DNA from: Amphiscolops sp. MND2022
Lineage: Eukaryota
Direction: 5' to 3'
Length of the DNA stretch: 64,000 nt
Assembly: GCA_964187785.1 (NCBI GenBank)
Contig: OZ076409.1
Coordinates: 87,484,001 to 87,548,000, forward strand
Below, one piece after another: positions 12,296-23,868 of the stretch. The position numbers and the translations under genes were made by a program. Under the pieces are notes generated by a model. The model saw only the letters and a list, made by a program, of their open reading frames with translations. It made no database searches and was not told where the DNA came from. Positions within the stretch are counted from its first letter, which is position 1. Each line of letters begins with the position of its first letter.

Positions 12296-13499
12296 GAGAT
12301 TTTGACTAGTTTGACGCAATGCTGAGGAGTATTTTAGAAATGAGTCTCTCGCTAGCTGCCGGAGCGGTGACGTCACAGAGGCGGTAAATTGGAATGATTT
12401 CTAGCAATGCTATTAGTATAGGCTGATAACTGGAATGATTTGCTGGTACGCGTATGCGAGCCAGTGACGTCAATTGGTATACCTTCAAACTTGTCTGCGT
12501 CTTACTGGCGACAAATATACATGTATTCTTATTTTCTCCGCTGCCTTGTTTACTCAGCGCGCATGGTTATCAAGGTTTAGGGGCTATTCGGAGGAGTATC
12601 ACAAAAAATTCGTCTGACCCCCTTTTGCCAATATTGTTTTTGCTAAAGTCTCGAAGTGTATTGTACCAAAAGTCATCAAATTTGGTAGTCGTTTCTAGTG
12701 AGTGTATACGATGATGTGGCAAGTTTCCAACGGATGCTCGAAGTGTTCGGCGACTTTCAATAGGATACGGACACTGATTTCAAAAAAGGAAGTTTTTATC
12801 ACAAATTGAATGTGTGGGTCACTTCACTTAAATAATCGGTGGGACTAGACAAACTTGCCTACAGCCATATCTCACTGGTCGTTACGACGGATCAACACTT
12901 CTGTTGGATGTGGCCAATTGCTATCGGGCCAATTGTACTATAATCAATTGTTTTTGCTCTTTTTAAAAAAGATATGTCAAGGAGTTTTTTCTCTATAATG
13001 CAGTTTTCAGTGCGATTTCCTATGTTTTTTGCACTGAAAACGAGTTTCTTTGTCAGCACAATTTTCGTCTACATACGTGTTTACAAAAATACTAACGCAA
13101 AAGAGAACCTCAAAGTTCCAAGCTAACAAAAATACTGATGTTTTGGCAATGTGCTCTGACATTGAAACTGGCCAAAAATCAATGTTTTTCGACTTTGTTT
13201 TCCTTGGTTGGCGTTACAAACTTTCTCAAATCTCACTCTGGAGAAATACACTTTTTCCCAAACTAATTACAGCACGGAAGAGACAATTACATCACAATAC
13301 GGCACTGTCTCAGTGGCATTTTTGTGTCGACGCTTTTGAAAAAAGTGCCCGACTCTTACACTGGGTAGTTTTCTTTAGGCACGTAGTGTCCACATTTTTG
13401 TACATTTGCTCAACTTGAACTAGTGTTGTTCAAAAAAATCTGGAAACGTCAGAACCTCGTCCAAAACAGAACCGAAGTCCAGAAATTGAAAAATATATT

Positions 13500-14185
13500 A
13501 GGGATCACCTCTTTGGCAAACTTGAGTTTTTTTGGCCCTAAGAGACATTTTTCGAAATTACTTTGATTGCACCAAGGTGTCCACCTTCAACTTTTTGGTA
13601 TTTTACAACAAGAAGGCTGTTAAAAATCCCAAATGCTCCCCTTTTCGACACTTTTTGGCGCTATGAGACAAATCAACTATCTCAATTCAATTTTTTTCGA
13701 AAAATCATCAATGTCTCACGAGGGTCTTCCTTCAATTTTTTTTATGCATCTTGCAACATAATGGATCTTAGAAATTCTCAAAACGTACCCCTTTTAGATT
13801 TTTTGGCACTATAAGACTGTTCAAAATTGCCATTTTTTGTCTGATATTAGGTTGTCTCAATATATTTCCACCATCAATTTTTTTCCGAAACTAAACTGAA
13901 TTTCGACGTAATATCCAGAGTGAAGCACTATATCCGGAATTTTGACGTTAAATCGGAACTATATTGCGTTTTACAGAAGAGGAGGCGGAGTTCCGCAAAA
14001 AGCGCTTGCATATGTCCCAGCACGCTAATCCCAACTTCTGAAGCGTTTTTCGAGCACGAAAGTCTTCATGTGGTGGATTTTTTTATGAGTCACTCATTAG
14101 AAAACGTCACGATCACATTGTGAAAATATTTCGCTTTTTGATCCCCAGGGACAGCGCCGACTTTGGCCGTTCTCGGCTTGTTTAA
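13500..14185. repeat. Interspersed repeat family also seen at ~59520-59770 and ~63790-64000
   Basis: Shared motifs aaaatcccaaa...tttt(c/t)ggcacta(t)gagact and gcgccgact(t)tggccgtt(c)ccggcttgttt. Confidence 0.55.
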
Positions 14186-15278
14186 GTTTCTTGCCAATTT
14201 CGCAAAAACGGTTTTCTAACAAAACATGCGTCTGAAAAGAGCTCAAACGTCTATTCTGGCTATCGTTGCTTTTTGTATCAAACCCCTCAAGCTTCGCCTT
14301 AATTTCAAATTGCATCTGCTGTGGCTAATATGAAGAGCGCTCACGCTCGAGCTAAGAAAAAAGGTGAATAATGACAAAACTGACATTCTTTTATACTTTT
14401 GCACTAACAATCGCACTTTTTCAGTGATAACAGCCGCAAAAGCGCAGACTGACTTGCACAAGGAGAAAACTAACTTGAAAAGCCATTTCTCACTGAACAA
14501 CGGGCAATCTCTAAAGGTTTGTGCGCCAAGGCCAGAAATAGTGATTAACTGGTTATGGGGGTTGCTTTTTTATCATATCTCCTCACCCGAGCCAGATAGA
14601 GGAAAACAGTATGGACCGTTAACGTTGTCAGTACTTTCTCTACAACTCCACCAAAAACGAGCTCTGCAGTATTTTCCCACTAGAAAAATGAAGAGAGAGT
14701 GGCAGACACTTGCTTCGGCTCACCTATCACTGAGTCGGACTATGGTCAATCCTCGACCTTCACACGTTCCGTATGGCCAATAACACTGAAAGGTGCCTTG
14801 AATCACCTGTTACAGCATCGGTAATAGTGTTTTAGCGACTCTCTAGGCCGTTACAGAGGTACCACCTGTAGTTTGGAAAATGCCCTTGAAAAAACAGAGA
14901 CAATATCTGTAAAAACCATCCTAAAGAAATAGCATTTTTCCGGGTAAACATCTCCATCCAAAACCAAACTGTTTTAGGCGTCCAATACCAGTTCAGGTAT
15001 TTGAAAACTAAAGAAGAGCGAAGCATTCGAATGCGATCACCCTGTGGTGATTGCTAAAAAAATGAAAATCTCTGTGTACCGGAGAGCAGCGATTGGTCGC
15101 TCAGCGTATTACCCGATGTGGAAGAACCTGAGAATGAGAATATTGCCCAGGACTGGCGCCCGATCCTGGAGGCAAGTTTTTTTGCCTCCAGGATGAATTA
15201 CGAAATACATCCCATGGGGCTGTGGTGGAGGTCCTGCTTCAGCTGAATACTCACCCACCGATCCTTGTCAGTGGCTGC

Positions 15279-17166
15279 TGTCGCGACCCCAGAGGTGCCA
15301 CGGAAATCATATGACAAGAGGAACGCCTGAAGAAGGAAGTGAGGAAACTGACCAGGTCAAGTCAGAATCGCCATGAACAAATCTAAAATAGAAGACCAAT
15401 AAACAACCTGATACTATTTAAATAACACGCAAAAGTACATTTCTTTCTTCTGTGCCGTACCTAAAATAATAGATATGTAAATAATTACATATATTAAAAG
15501 TGAACGCAGTATTTGTTTAGCCAACGCGCTGACTGAAATCAATTCGATCAACGCGTCGACTGGGGACTCGCCTCAGTGGCAGCAGTAAATTTCAATAAAT
15601 CAAACTGTATTAGCCAATCAGATTTGAGCGCAGTTAATACAAATTGAAGAACTGAGGCAACGTCCCAGGCAGCTTACCAGTCCGCTGAAACTGGGACGCT
15701 TGCTCAGTCAATCTACCTAATCAATCAATCATTAATAATCGATGCTAAATTTTGGATGAATTTTCCGCAGCTTAAAAGAAGCTAAATACCAAAAGAACAT
15801 CCAATGGATAATAATTGACGAAGCTTGAAGTATTTTTAACGTGCTCAATCCACCTTGTATTTGAGTCAACTTCCCAGGCAAAGCGCGAACTTTCTCTAAT
15901 AAGACAATAGCCTGGACAGATGACCGAACGTATTTAATTAATACATATCTTATAGTTAACCGAATAACAACGTTGCCCCGATAAACGTGATATTTAATAA
16001 TAATATAGTAAAACAACCCCCAGTGCTATTTTTCCAGCCCCCACATGCAGTGTTTTGTTAATATATAGTTGAGTCAATCGCCCGGTCAACCGGCCAGGCT
16101 ACTCTAAATGAAACTCGTTACCTGGAGTTCGCCCAGGATTTTATTGTTAGCTTCAATTAAAGCGCCAATTAACGGCCATAATCATCTGATTTAGAAGAAA
16201 TCAGTGCTGTTAATTTATTTATTTGATGTTCCTCTTAATTAACTAGCAGTAAAATTTGGGATTATTCGATGATAATTTCACTTTCCTTTCCCGCTTCAGT
16301 AGCTAGGTTCATGAATTTTCAGTGCCAACTTTGGTTCGGCGTCCTGAATTGGCGGGGAATGAAGAAGAAGTAACGCGGAATTGGGACTCGGCAGGAAGTG
16401 ATTCCCACTTTTCCTTTGAAGTGAGTTGAAACTGAAAGCCGAGTCCCGAGGAAGCGGACCTAATTTGGACTTCCTTGCCTCGGATGGACGCCGAGCTGAA
16501 CAAGGTGTGAATTCACGCGCGGGATTTATCCCGCGTGTCTAGCGAAAAGTATTTATACCTGAAGCGGGTTAAGGGAAAGACCAGAATATTTTTATGATTT
16601 TTGCAGATCGTTCACTTTCACGGTTGAATATTTTCGTAATTTTCGCTTACTTTGATAATTGTTGCCTTTAAAATTTGTTTGTTATTCTCCTTCCCAATTT
16701 CATAGTGAAGACTTGGATATTAATCATTTGACTAATTGGTATCGTTTGGGAATAGTTCAAGGCCTACAATCGCCAATAATATTTAATTCAGCTGTTTCCT
16801 AACTCTGACATTTTCCCTGAGAAATGCCCGAAAAAACCCAGAAAAGAAAGCTACGGAGTGACCAGAGTACTAGTCAAATGGATGTAGAAACAGCTAGTTC
16901 GACTAACGACGAAAATGTCTTGCTATCAGATAGAGATTTTGAAGATATCTCTAGTAAAGTCGAAAATAGATTCTCCAAGCGTCTTAGAGACACTGAAGTA
17001 AACCAACGTGAAATTCTAAAGCTAATCGAAAATTTGTCATCCAAAGTCGACAACTTAGCTAACGTAAATCCTGGACAGAATTCCTTGACATTCGAGACTG
17101 GAATCAGTGAAATCCCTAATGACGAATTAGGAGAAGTAGAACCCGCAAGGAGTGTTAACTCCAACA
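15279..17166 (+). repeat. 5' LTR (1888 bp)
   Basis: TGTCGCGACC...CTCCAACA; direct repeat of 28688-30565. Confidence 0.97.
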
Positions 17167-18242
17167 TGGTGACAGGAGTCCTTAACGAACCAACGACCAG
17201 CAATAACACCCATGCCCGATCTTCAAGCCTGCCACCCCCAAACCAGAGGCACTCAGACGAAATTATAGACAAACTACTAGAATCACTATACGCAACACAC
17301 AAACAAGCTCCAAATCTCCCTCGCTTACCGAAGGCCCTAGCAACAACGATGCCAACATTCGACGGTAAGACAGAAAAATTTCAACTCTTCGAAGACCTGT
17401 TTCAAACTAGCCTGAAGGTCCACCCACAAATAACGGAACAAGAGAAAATACATTATTTTCACTCACTCCTGCGAGGAGACGCCTTGCAAACGTTTCGCAA
17501 TATGACTGAAACAACCAAAACCAACCTAAGCGACATTATAGCTGCATTCAGAAGAAGATATGTCAAAACACAATCGGTGGCCACCGCCAGATGTAAGTGG
17601 GAAAACCTCACATTTGACCCCGCCAACCAAACTTTCCAAGACTTCTTGGAGAACTACCAAAAGCTAGCCCAGGAGGCATACGCGGAAGATGCACCCAGAT
17701 TCATTGAGACCTCCTTTTACGCGAAAATGCCCACTCACCTTAAAAGAGTACTAAATCAAGCTCGCCTCGAAACGGCATCCTATGAAACAATGGTACAACA
17801 CTTAGAGAGGGAAATGGAGCTTAACGGATTAGCGAACCCAGATTCTACGACACTTACGGGCATACATAACGTAGAACCCACCAACAACCACAATCAGGAA
17901 CGACCCCCAAAAACCGCAAGCACATGTTTTGGTTGTGGACATCAACGCCATCTCCTCCGCAACTGTAGGAAAACAAATAGAGATAAGCGAAACCAAAAGA
18001 CCACCAACACAACTGTCACCAATCCATGCGAAACATGTGGCAAACTAAGCCACGAAACAAAGGACTGCTATTCAGGAGCGAACTGGGCAAACCGCCCCAC
18101 ATGGTGGAAGACACCTAAACCAACAGGCTCCAACAGCATCCCCCTACCGCAACAAACAGCGCCCGAAGTTCTACAACAACCTCAAACAAACCAGCAACCA
18201 CAAACCGTGGTACAACAATCCAACCAGCCAAAAAACTATTAA
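16824..18242 (+). CDS. gag: Gag polyprotein, 472 aa, ATG inside the LTR
   Basis: Intact ORF with MPTFDGK capsid-like region and two knuckles (CFGCGHQRHLLRNC, CETCGKLSHETKDC). Confidence 0.93.
   Translation: MPEKTQKRKLRSDQSTSQMDVETASSTNDENVLLSDRDFEDISSKVENRFSKRLRDTEVNQREILKLIENLSSKVDNLANVNPGQNSLTFETGISEIPNDELGEVEPARSVNSNMVTGVLNEPTTSNNTHARSSSLPPPNQRHSDEIIDKLLESLYATHKQAPNLPRLPKALATTMPTFDGKTEKFQLFEDLFQTSLKVHPQITEQEKIHYFHSLLRGDALQTFRNMTETTKTNLSDIIAAFRRRYVKTQSVATARCKWENLTFDPANQTFQDFLENYQKLAQEAYAEDAPRFIETSFYAKMPTHLKRVLNQARLETASYETMVQHLEREMELNGLANPDSTTLTGIHNVEPTNNHNQERPPKTASTCFGCGHQRHLLRNCRKTNRDKRNQKTTNTTVTNPCETCGKLSHETKDCYSGANWANRPTWWKTPKPTGSNSIPLPQQTAPEVLQQPQTNQQPQTVVQQSNQPKNY
17167..17178 (+). 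promoter_or_regulatory. Primer-binding site TGGTGACAGGAG
   Basis: Immediately follows the LTR-terminal CA; TGG is complementary to tRNA CCA. Confidence 0.85.
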
Positions 18243-18265
18243 AGCCACGTCTTCGCTTCGGGGAC
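18230..18265 (+). promoter_or_regulatory. -1 ribosomal frameshift signal (A AAA AAC plus downstream stem)
   Basis: The heptamer is in the gag frame just before the stop; pol is in the -1 frame and open from here. Confidence 0.75.
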
Positions 18266-21200
18266 TACACCGATTTCAGATACTACACCATCTCTGAACC
18301 CCCGAAGGACTTCGACAAAGAATTGTTTATGGAATGCTCTGGAGAACCATCAGTCGACTGGCAGCGACGATGGCTCATCCGACGTCTCATTAAATTCAAT
18401 AAAAACACCCTCGACAAACTCCCCTACCCTGACTGGTACACCCGAAGACCACTACTTCCCAGCTCCACACCCGAAACTTACATTTATGACCCCGACTTTC
18501 AATGTGACCCGTACTACAACGAAACTCTCTACGACACAGAAAACCTTGTCTTCAGACAATCTATCAATGTACCGTTTCACGAATTCATAGCCAGAACCAA
18601 CATGGACATCTCAACAGCTCCAAAAAGGAAAGACGACACAAATCATACTCCCGAACCACAGGCTGAAGAAGAGCACGACAAGGAAATCACAGTGATTGTG
18701 TCACCACCGACAACACCCCTCAAGTCGATACTCAGACACAACAACGCATCGCCACTGACTGTACAACAGTCACCCAAGAAACTCCCAGCCACCTCCAACG
18801 AAATCCGAGCAGCTATGACGTCGTCTCCCTCTAGCCCAGAGAGCCCCGAACACCGATATTCCACCCATGAATCCCTGGGAAACAACAAAGAAGCCGGGGA
18901 CCTCATACAGGCAAATCAACCTGCAACAAATCCCCGGACCCGCCGCGTTAAACGAAGACTAACCAGTGAGTTCAATCTAACAGAGAAACCCAATCCTACA
19001 ACACATAACTCCCCCAGTGAAACCCAAACCCCCACCAACGAGACACACAAACCAGAACAAGATGAGGATTGGATACACACTAACAAACAACTTAACGAAA
19101 TCGCAATCACAGATCCAGAAACGAGTGAAAAGTGCATACCAATATTCTCTGCCATCCACCTAAAAAAGAAGCGAAAGATGCTTTTCGCCCCAATGGACTT
19201 CAACAATTTATCCGTAGACGCACTCGTTGACTCGGGAGCACTCGTCAACTGCCTACCGGAAAGCGAACTCCAGAAGATTAAATCAGTCAGCCCAGACAAC
19301 ATACTCAAAGAAATGGACCCACCTACCTTCAAACTACAAGTCGCAAACGGCGACATAGAAACACCGACGAAAACCGTCCAACTCCAATTTGAACTAGGAG
19401 ATTGGACGTTCAAAGAGACGTTTATTGTAGCTACAAAAATGACAGGTCCTATCCTTGGGCTAACTTTCCCAAAAACAACAGCGCCAACTTAGACGTAAGC
19501 CAGGCCCTGCTACATTTCCCACACCTGACCTACGCAATCGCTGCCGACGACAATGAGACAGTCTCACGTCACCATAAAGTGACCATCAAAAACCAACTCA
19601 CTATCATGCCCGACCAGTGCATGACAATCGAAGCTGGCATTAACCTCCGCACTATAACTAACACTACAGGAATCATCCACCCAACCGAGCAGTACTCTGG
19701 AGAACACCAACTAGTAGTGGCCAGCTCCCTATCTACGGTCTCAAACTCGAAAATCGAAATACGAGTCACCAATACATCACCGAATCCTTTCACCCTCAAA
19801 AAGAATGCCAACGTCGCGGAATTCACCATGCTGTCACCCCAAGAAGCCAAACAACTCCACCCCCTCAACTCTGCAGCTCTCAAGGTACTAGCGGAAGACA
19901 ACACAGAACAGGCTCTCGAGTATGTCAACGAACTCTTGAAATCATCCGAAAAACCCCAGACAATTCAAAACTTCTGGTTCCCCACACCAGACAACCCGGG
20001 AGACCCATCGACACACACTCCCATCCAGAGCTGAATCCTCAGAGAAATAGAAGAACTGGAAAGCATCCAGAAACTAAACCCACACAACAGTCCCGAAGAT
20101 AGAGCAGCCTTCTTAGCCAACTTCAAATGGACCGACTCACAACTTAGCGACGAAGACAAAAAGGACATCGAAGAAATCCTTGTCGAATACAACGACATCT
20201 TTGCAAGGCACCGCCTTGACATTGGAATCAACAATGAATTCAAAATAAAACTCACCCCCAAATCAGAACAACCTGCGTACACCCAAAGCTTACCCTGCCC
20301 AGTCAATCTGAAGGAGGATCTGACAGTTGAGCTAGCACTGATGCACTACTACGGCATCATCACAACTCTTCCCTTCAGCAAGTACGCAAGCCCAATCTTC
20401 GCGCAAAGAAAACCCAACAGACGTCTTCGCCTCCTCGTTGACCTAAGAAAGATCAACAACCTTATATCTGACGATTATATAAACAACAACCACCCAGTGA
20501 GCACCCTCTCGGACGCTGCGCAGCACCTAGCCGGAAAGAAACTGTTCTGCAAGCTTGACTGCTCGCAAGCCTACCATGTCCTGCAAATGGCGGACCAGAA
20601 ATCAGTGGAACTCCTGGCGTTCAACTTTGCCAGTCGGACATTCGCCTACCTGCGACTCGCACAAGGGCTCAGCAGATCCCTCTCTTCCTTCTCGAGCTTT
20701 ATGCGGGAGTACCTCGATCGAGTCATAAAAGCTGACAAGTGTGCCCAATATGTTGACGACATCGGGATAGCAACCCATTCTGCCGAGGAGCTGAAGAACA
20801 ACCTGCGTGAGGTCTTCCAGTGCATTAGGGAAGCAGGTCTGCGTCTGACAATGGCCAAATGCCAGTTCGGTGCCAAGGAAGTTGAATTCCTTGGACGAAC
20901 AGTATCACCCGAAGGCATCGCCCTACAGTCCCACAAGATCAAAAATTACCTCCAAAAACTGTCGTTCCCAAAGACCAAAAAGGGCCTACAAAGGTACATC
21001 GGTTTCGTTAACTATTATCGGAACGACATACCTCGCCTCTCCGAAAAAATAGCACCCTTTCATGAATTGGTCAAAGCGGACAAGCCGATCAAAATAACAC
21101 ACGAAATCATCGCGACATTTGAACACATTAACAAGGCACTCGACAATGCTTGTGGACTATGGCTGAAACAGCCCCTACCAAACAAGCAATACGTCCTCAT

Positions 21201-23577
21201 GACAGACGCGAACTTCAAGAATGCCGGCTATGCCTTAATGATCGAAGAAAACGCTGATGAAAAACTGACTTCAGTCAAAAAGACATATGCCCCAGTCGCG
21301 TTCGGATCTAAAACATTCTCTCCGTCGCAAATCAAAATGTCGATATATGCCAAAGAATTCCTGGCTATATATTTTGCCTTCATGGAATACAGCCACATTT
21401 TGTGGGGATCGACCAAACCAGTCATCGTCCTAACAGACAACAAATCTGTTACACGATTTTTCCAGACCAAAATAATACCACCAGCTTTGTGGAACGCCTG
21501 CGATTTTGTCCTACAGTTTAATTTTACAATCGCCCACGTCCCAGGAAGGATGAACACTGCCGCCGATTTCCTCTCACGACTTGACCTGGACCCAAAAGAG
21601 AAAGTCCAACTCTTAATAAGAGACGACATTCAAACCGCACCAATAGAAGTGCACATTCAATCTTCCAACGTAGCCGAAGAAGAGCAATTCTACTTCCTAC
21701 CCGATGACGACATCGAAACGGAAGAGCAGATTTGGGAGAGGAAACAAAGAGCCCGTAAAAAGATCTTAAAGAACGACACCCCACAAACGCCAGAAGAAGA
21801 AACAAACGACGCCACGACCCAATCAGAAGAAACCACCATCGTATTTCAAACGGAAATATCAAGACGTACTGAAAATCCAGAAGAGAAGGAAAGAACCCTC
21901 CCTCGCGATATGCGACACCAGCAGGACCAAGACAAGGTCCTCCGAAATTATAAACTACGTCTCCTCAAAGAACCATACGACGAACACCTCATGGCCACAG
22001 ACCACAGGGCAATCCACTACACCGCGCAAGAATCCCGAATCATACTCAAGGACGGACTGCTATACCGGCAGTACTTCGGAGAGACCGGCGCAGTCAAATA
22101 CCTACAGGTCTTACTCCCAGAACAACTCGTTGACTCGTTCATCGAAGCCCACCATGGAATGCACGACAGACATCCCGGAATAACTAAAGTAATACAACAG
22201 TGCAGAGAAAAATACTACTACCCAAATCTTGCGGCCAAAATAGCCAAACACATCAACCAATGCATGAAATGCATGCAAACAAAACGAACAGACAACCGCC
22301 TCCTCACACCGCCAATGATTAATACATCAAAACTGGCAATGGGACCAGAAGATGCCTTACAAATGGATATCGTCCCATTCGATGAACCATCCAACGGATT
22401 TACAGCAATAGTCACCGCAATGGACATATTTTCACGCTACCTATTCACATACTGCGTTACCAGAATAGATGCAAAGACAGTTGCAAGAATACTAGTGGAT
22501 ATCATGACCAGACACGCCTACCTCCCTACCACAATCATAACCGACAAAGGAACCCAATTCATGTCAGAAGTAGTGACCGACACCACACGAGTGCTGGGCA
22601 TCCAACTACGACAGGCCACAACAAAGCATGCCCAAACAATAGGCATCCTGGAACGTTGCCACGCATCCCTGAAGGAAGCCCTGAAAATCTCAACAGGAGA
22701 AAAGAGAACAATGTGGCACCAATTCGTACCTGCAGCCACCCTCAATTATAACACAACCTATCATTCAGCGATAGGGTGTGAACCCAGTCGAGTGTTCCAT
22801 GGTAGAGTACCATACAATATTCTGGACCTCAAATTCGGTCTCAAACCAAACCAAAACAGGAACCCGACAACGGACGTAGGCGAAGAAGTCGTCCAGAAAA
22901 CCCGGATGATACACGAATCAGTGAGTAAACACCTTCTCCACTCCTACATAAAGTACAAACAGTACTACGATAAAAAAGCTTCTGCCCACCCCTTAACAAC
23001 GAATGATTACTGTTATGCCCTACACCCTCAGGCAAACACACAGGGATCAAAACTACCCTTCCGAAAATACTTATGGACAGGGCCATTTGTAGTAGTCAAA
23101 ACCCTTCCTAACAACAACTACCTGATCCGCAAGTTGCAAACCAACAAAACACAAATCCTACACCGGATACGCCTGAAACCGTGCCCTACTAAAGAACGCC
23201 TACCAGACATTCAAGTCCAATCTAAAGACTTCCAACCAGACAATGAAGTCGAGATTTTACATGACGACTTATACGCCCTAGCATGGCAGTCTGGTTTTGA
23301 ACACTTCGTGATGTCACCCGAACACAAAGCGAGTAACGAACCGGAGATTATACCAGCTGACAGGGAAGACAGCCCGGAAACTGCCGCCCAGGACGTTGAC
23401 CCAGACTCCCCTCTAGAAAGCCAACCAGACCAACCGGAAATCGCACCCGAAATCGACCCTAACCCAGAACCCAGTTCTCCCCGGAAAGGAAAATACAACC
23501 TACGCAGTAACCCCCCTTCAAATTGGAAAAGAGATTATGCTTATTACGACTCCGTGGTCGTTGACACAAACGAATAA
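18230..23577 (+). pseudogene. pol: Pol (PR-RT-RNase H-IN) with one frameshift (~19468) and one TGA (20032-20034)
   Basis: VDSGA protease; YVDD RT; RNase H MTDA/KEFLA/TDNKS/ADFLSR; integrase HHCC, QMD, TDKGTQF, ILER, WTGPF. Confidence 0.95.
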
Positions 23578-23868
23578 ACTCCTAACATGAATTTGCGAAA
23601 TGGTACACTTACTAACTACTTGACGGACAAACTAAAACTAACTCAACTCATCTACGAACTCAAGAGAAAACGCAAACACGGGGCCAAGAATGTATTGTAA
23701 TAATACCCCATCATTGGACTAACTACGACTGAGATTTTTTCCTCTTTTTCTTTTTCCATCGTACACTCCTCTATCACAAGAACACTATAAAGAAATTGAA
23801 TAATACAGGAAAACAACAAAGTTACAGTCAATTATGAAGTCTAACTCCAATGGTCCCAAGCAACGGAC

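Noticed and set aside
15732..16503. Short minus-strand ORFs duplicated at 29141-29912
   Set aside because: Duplicated only because they lie in the LTR; non-ATG starts and no protein-like features.
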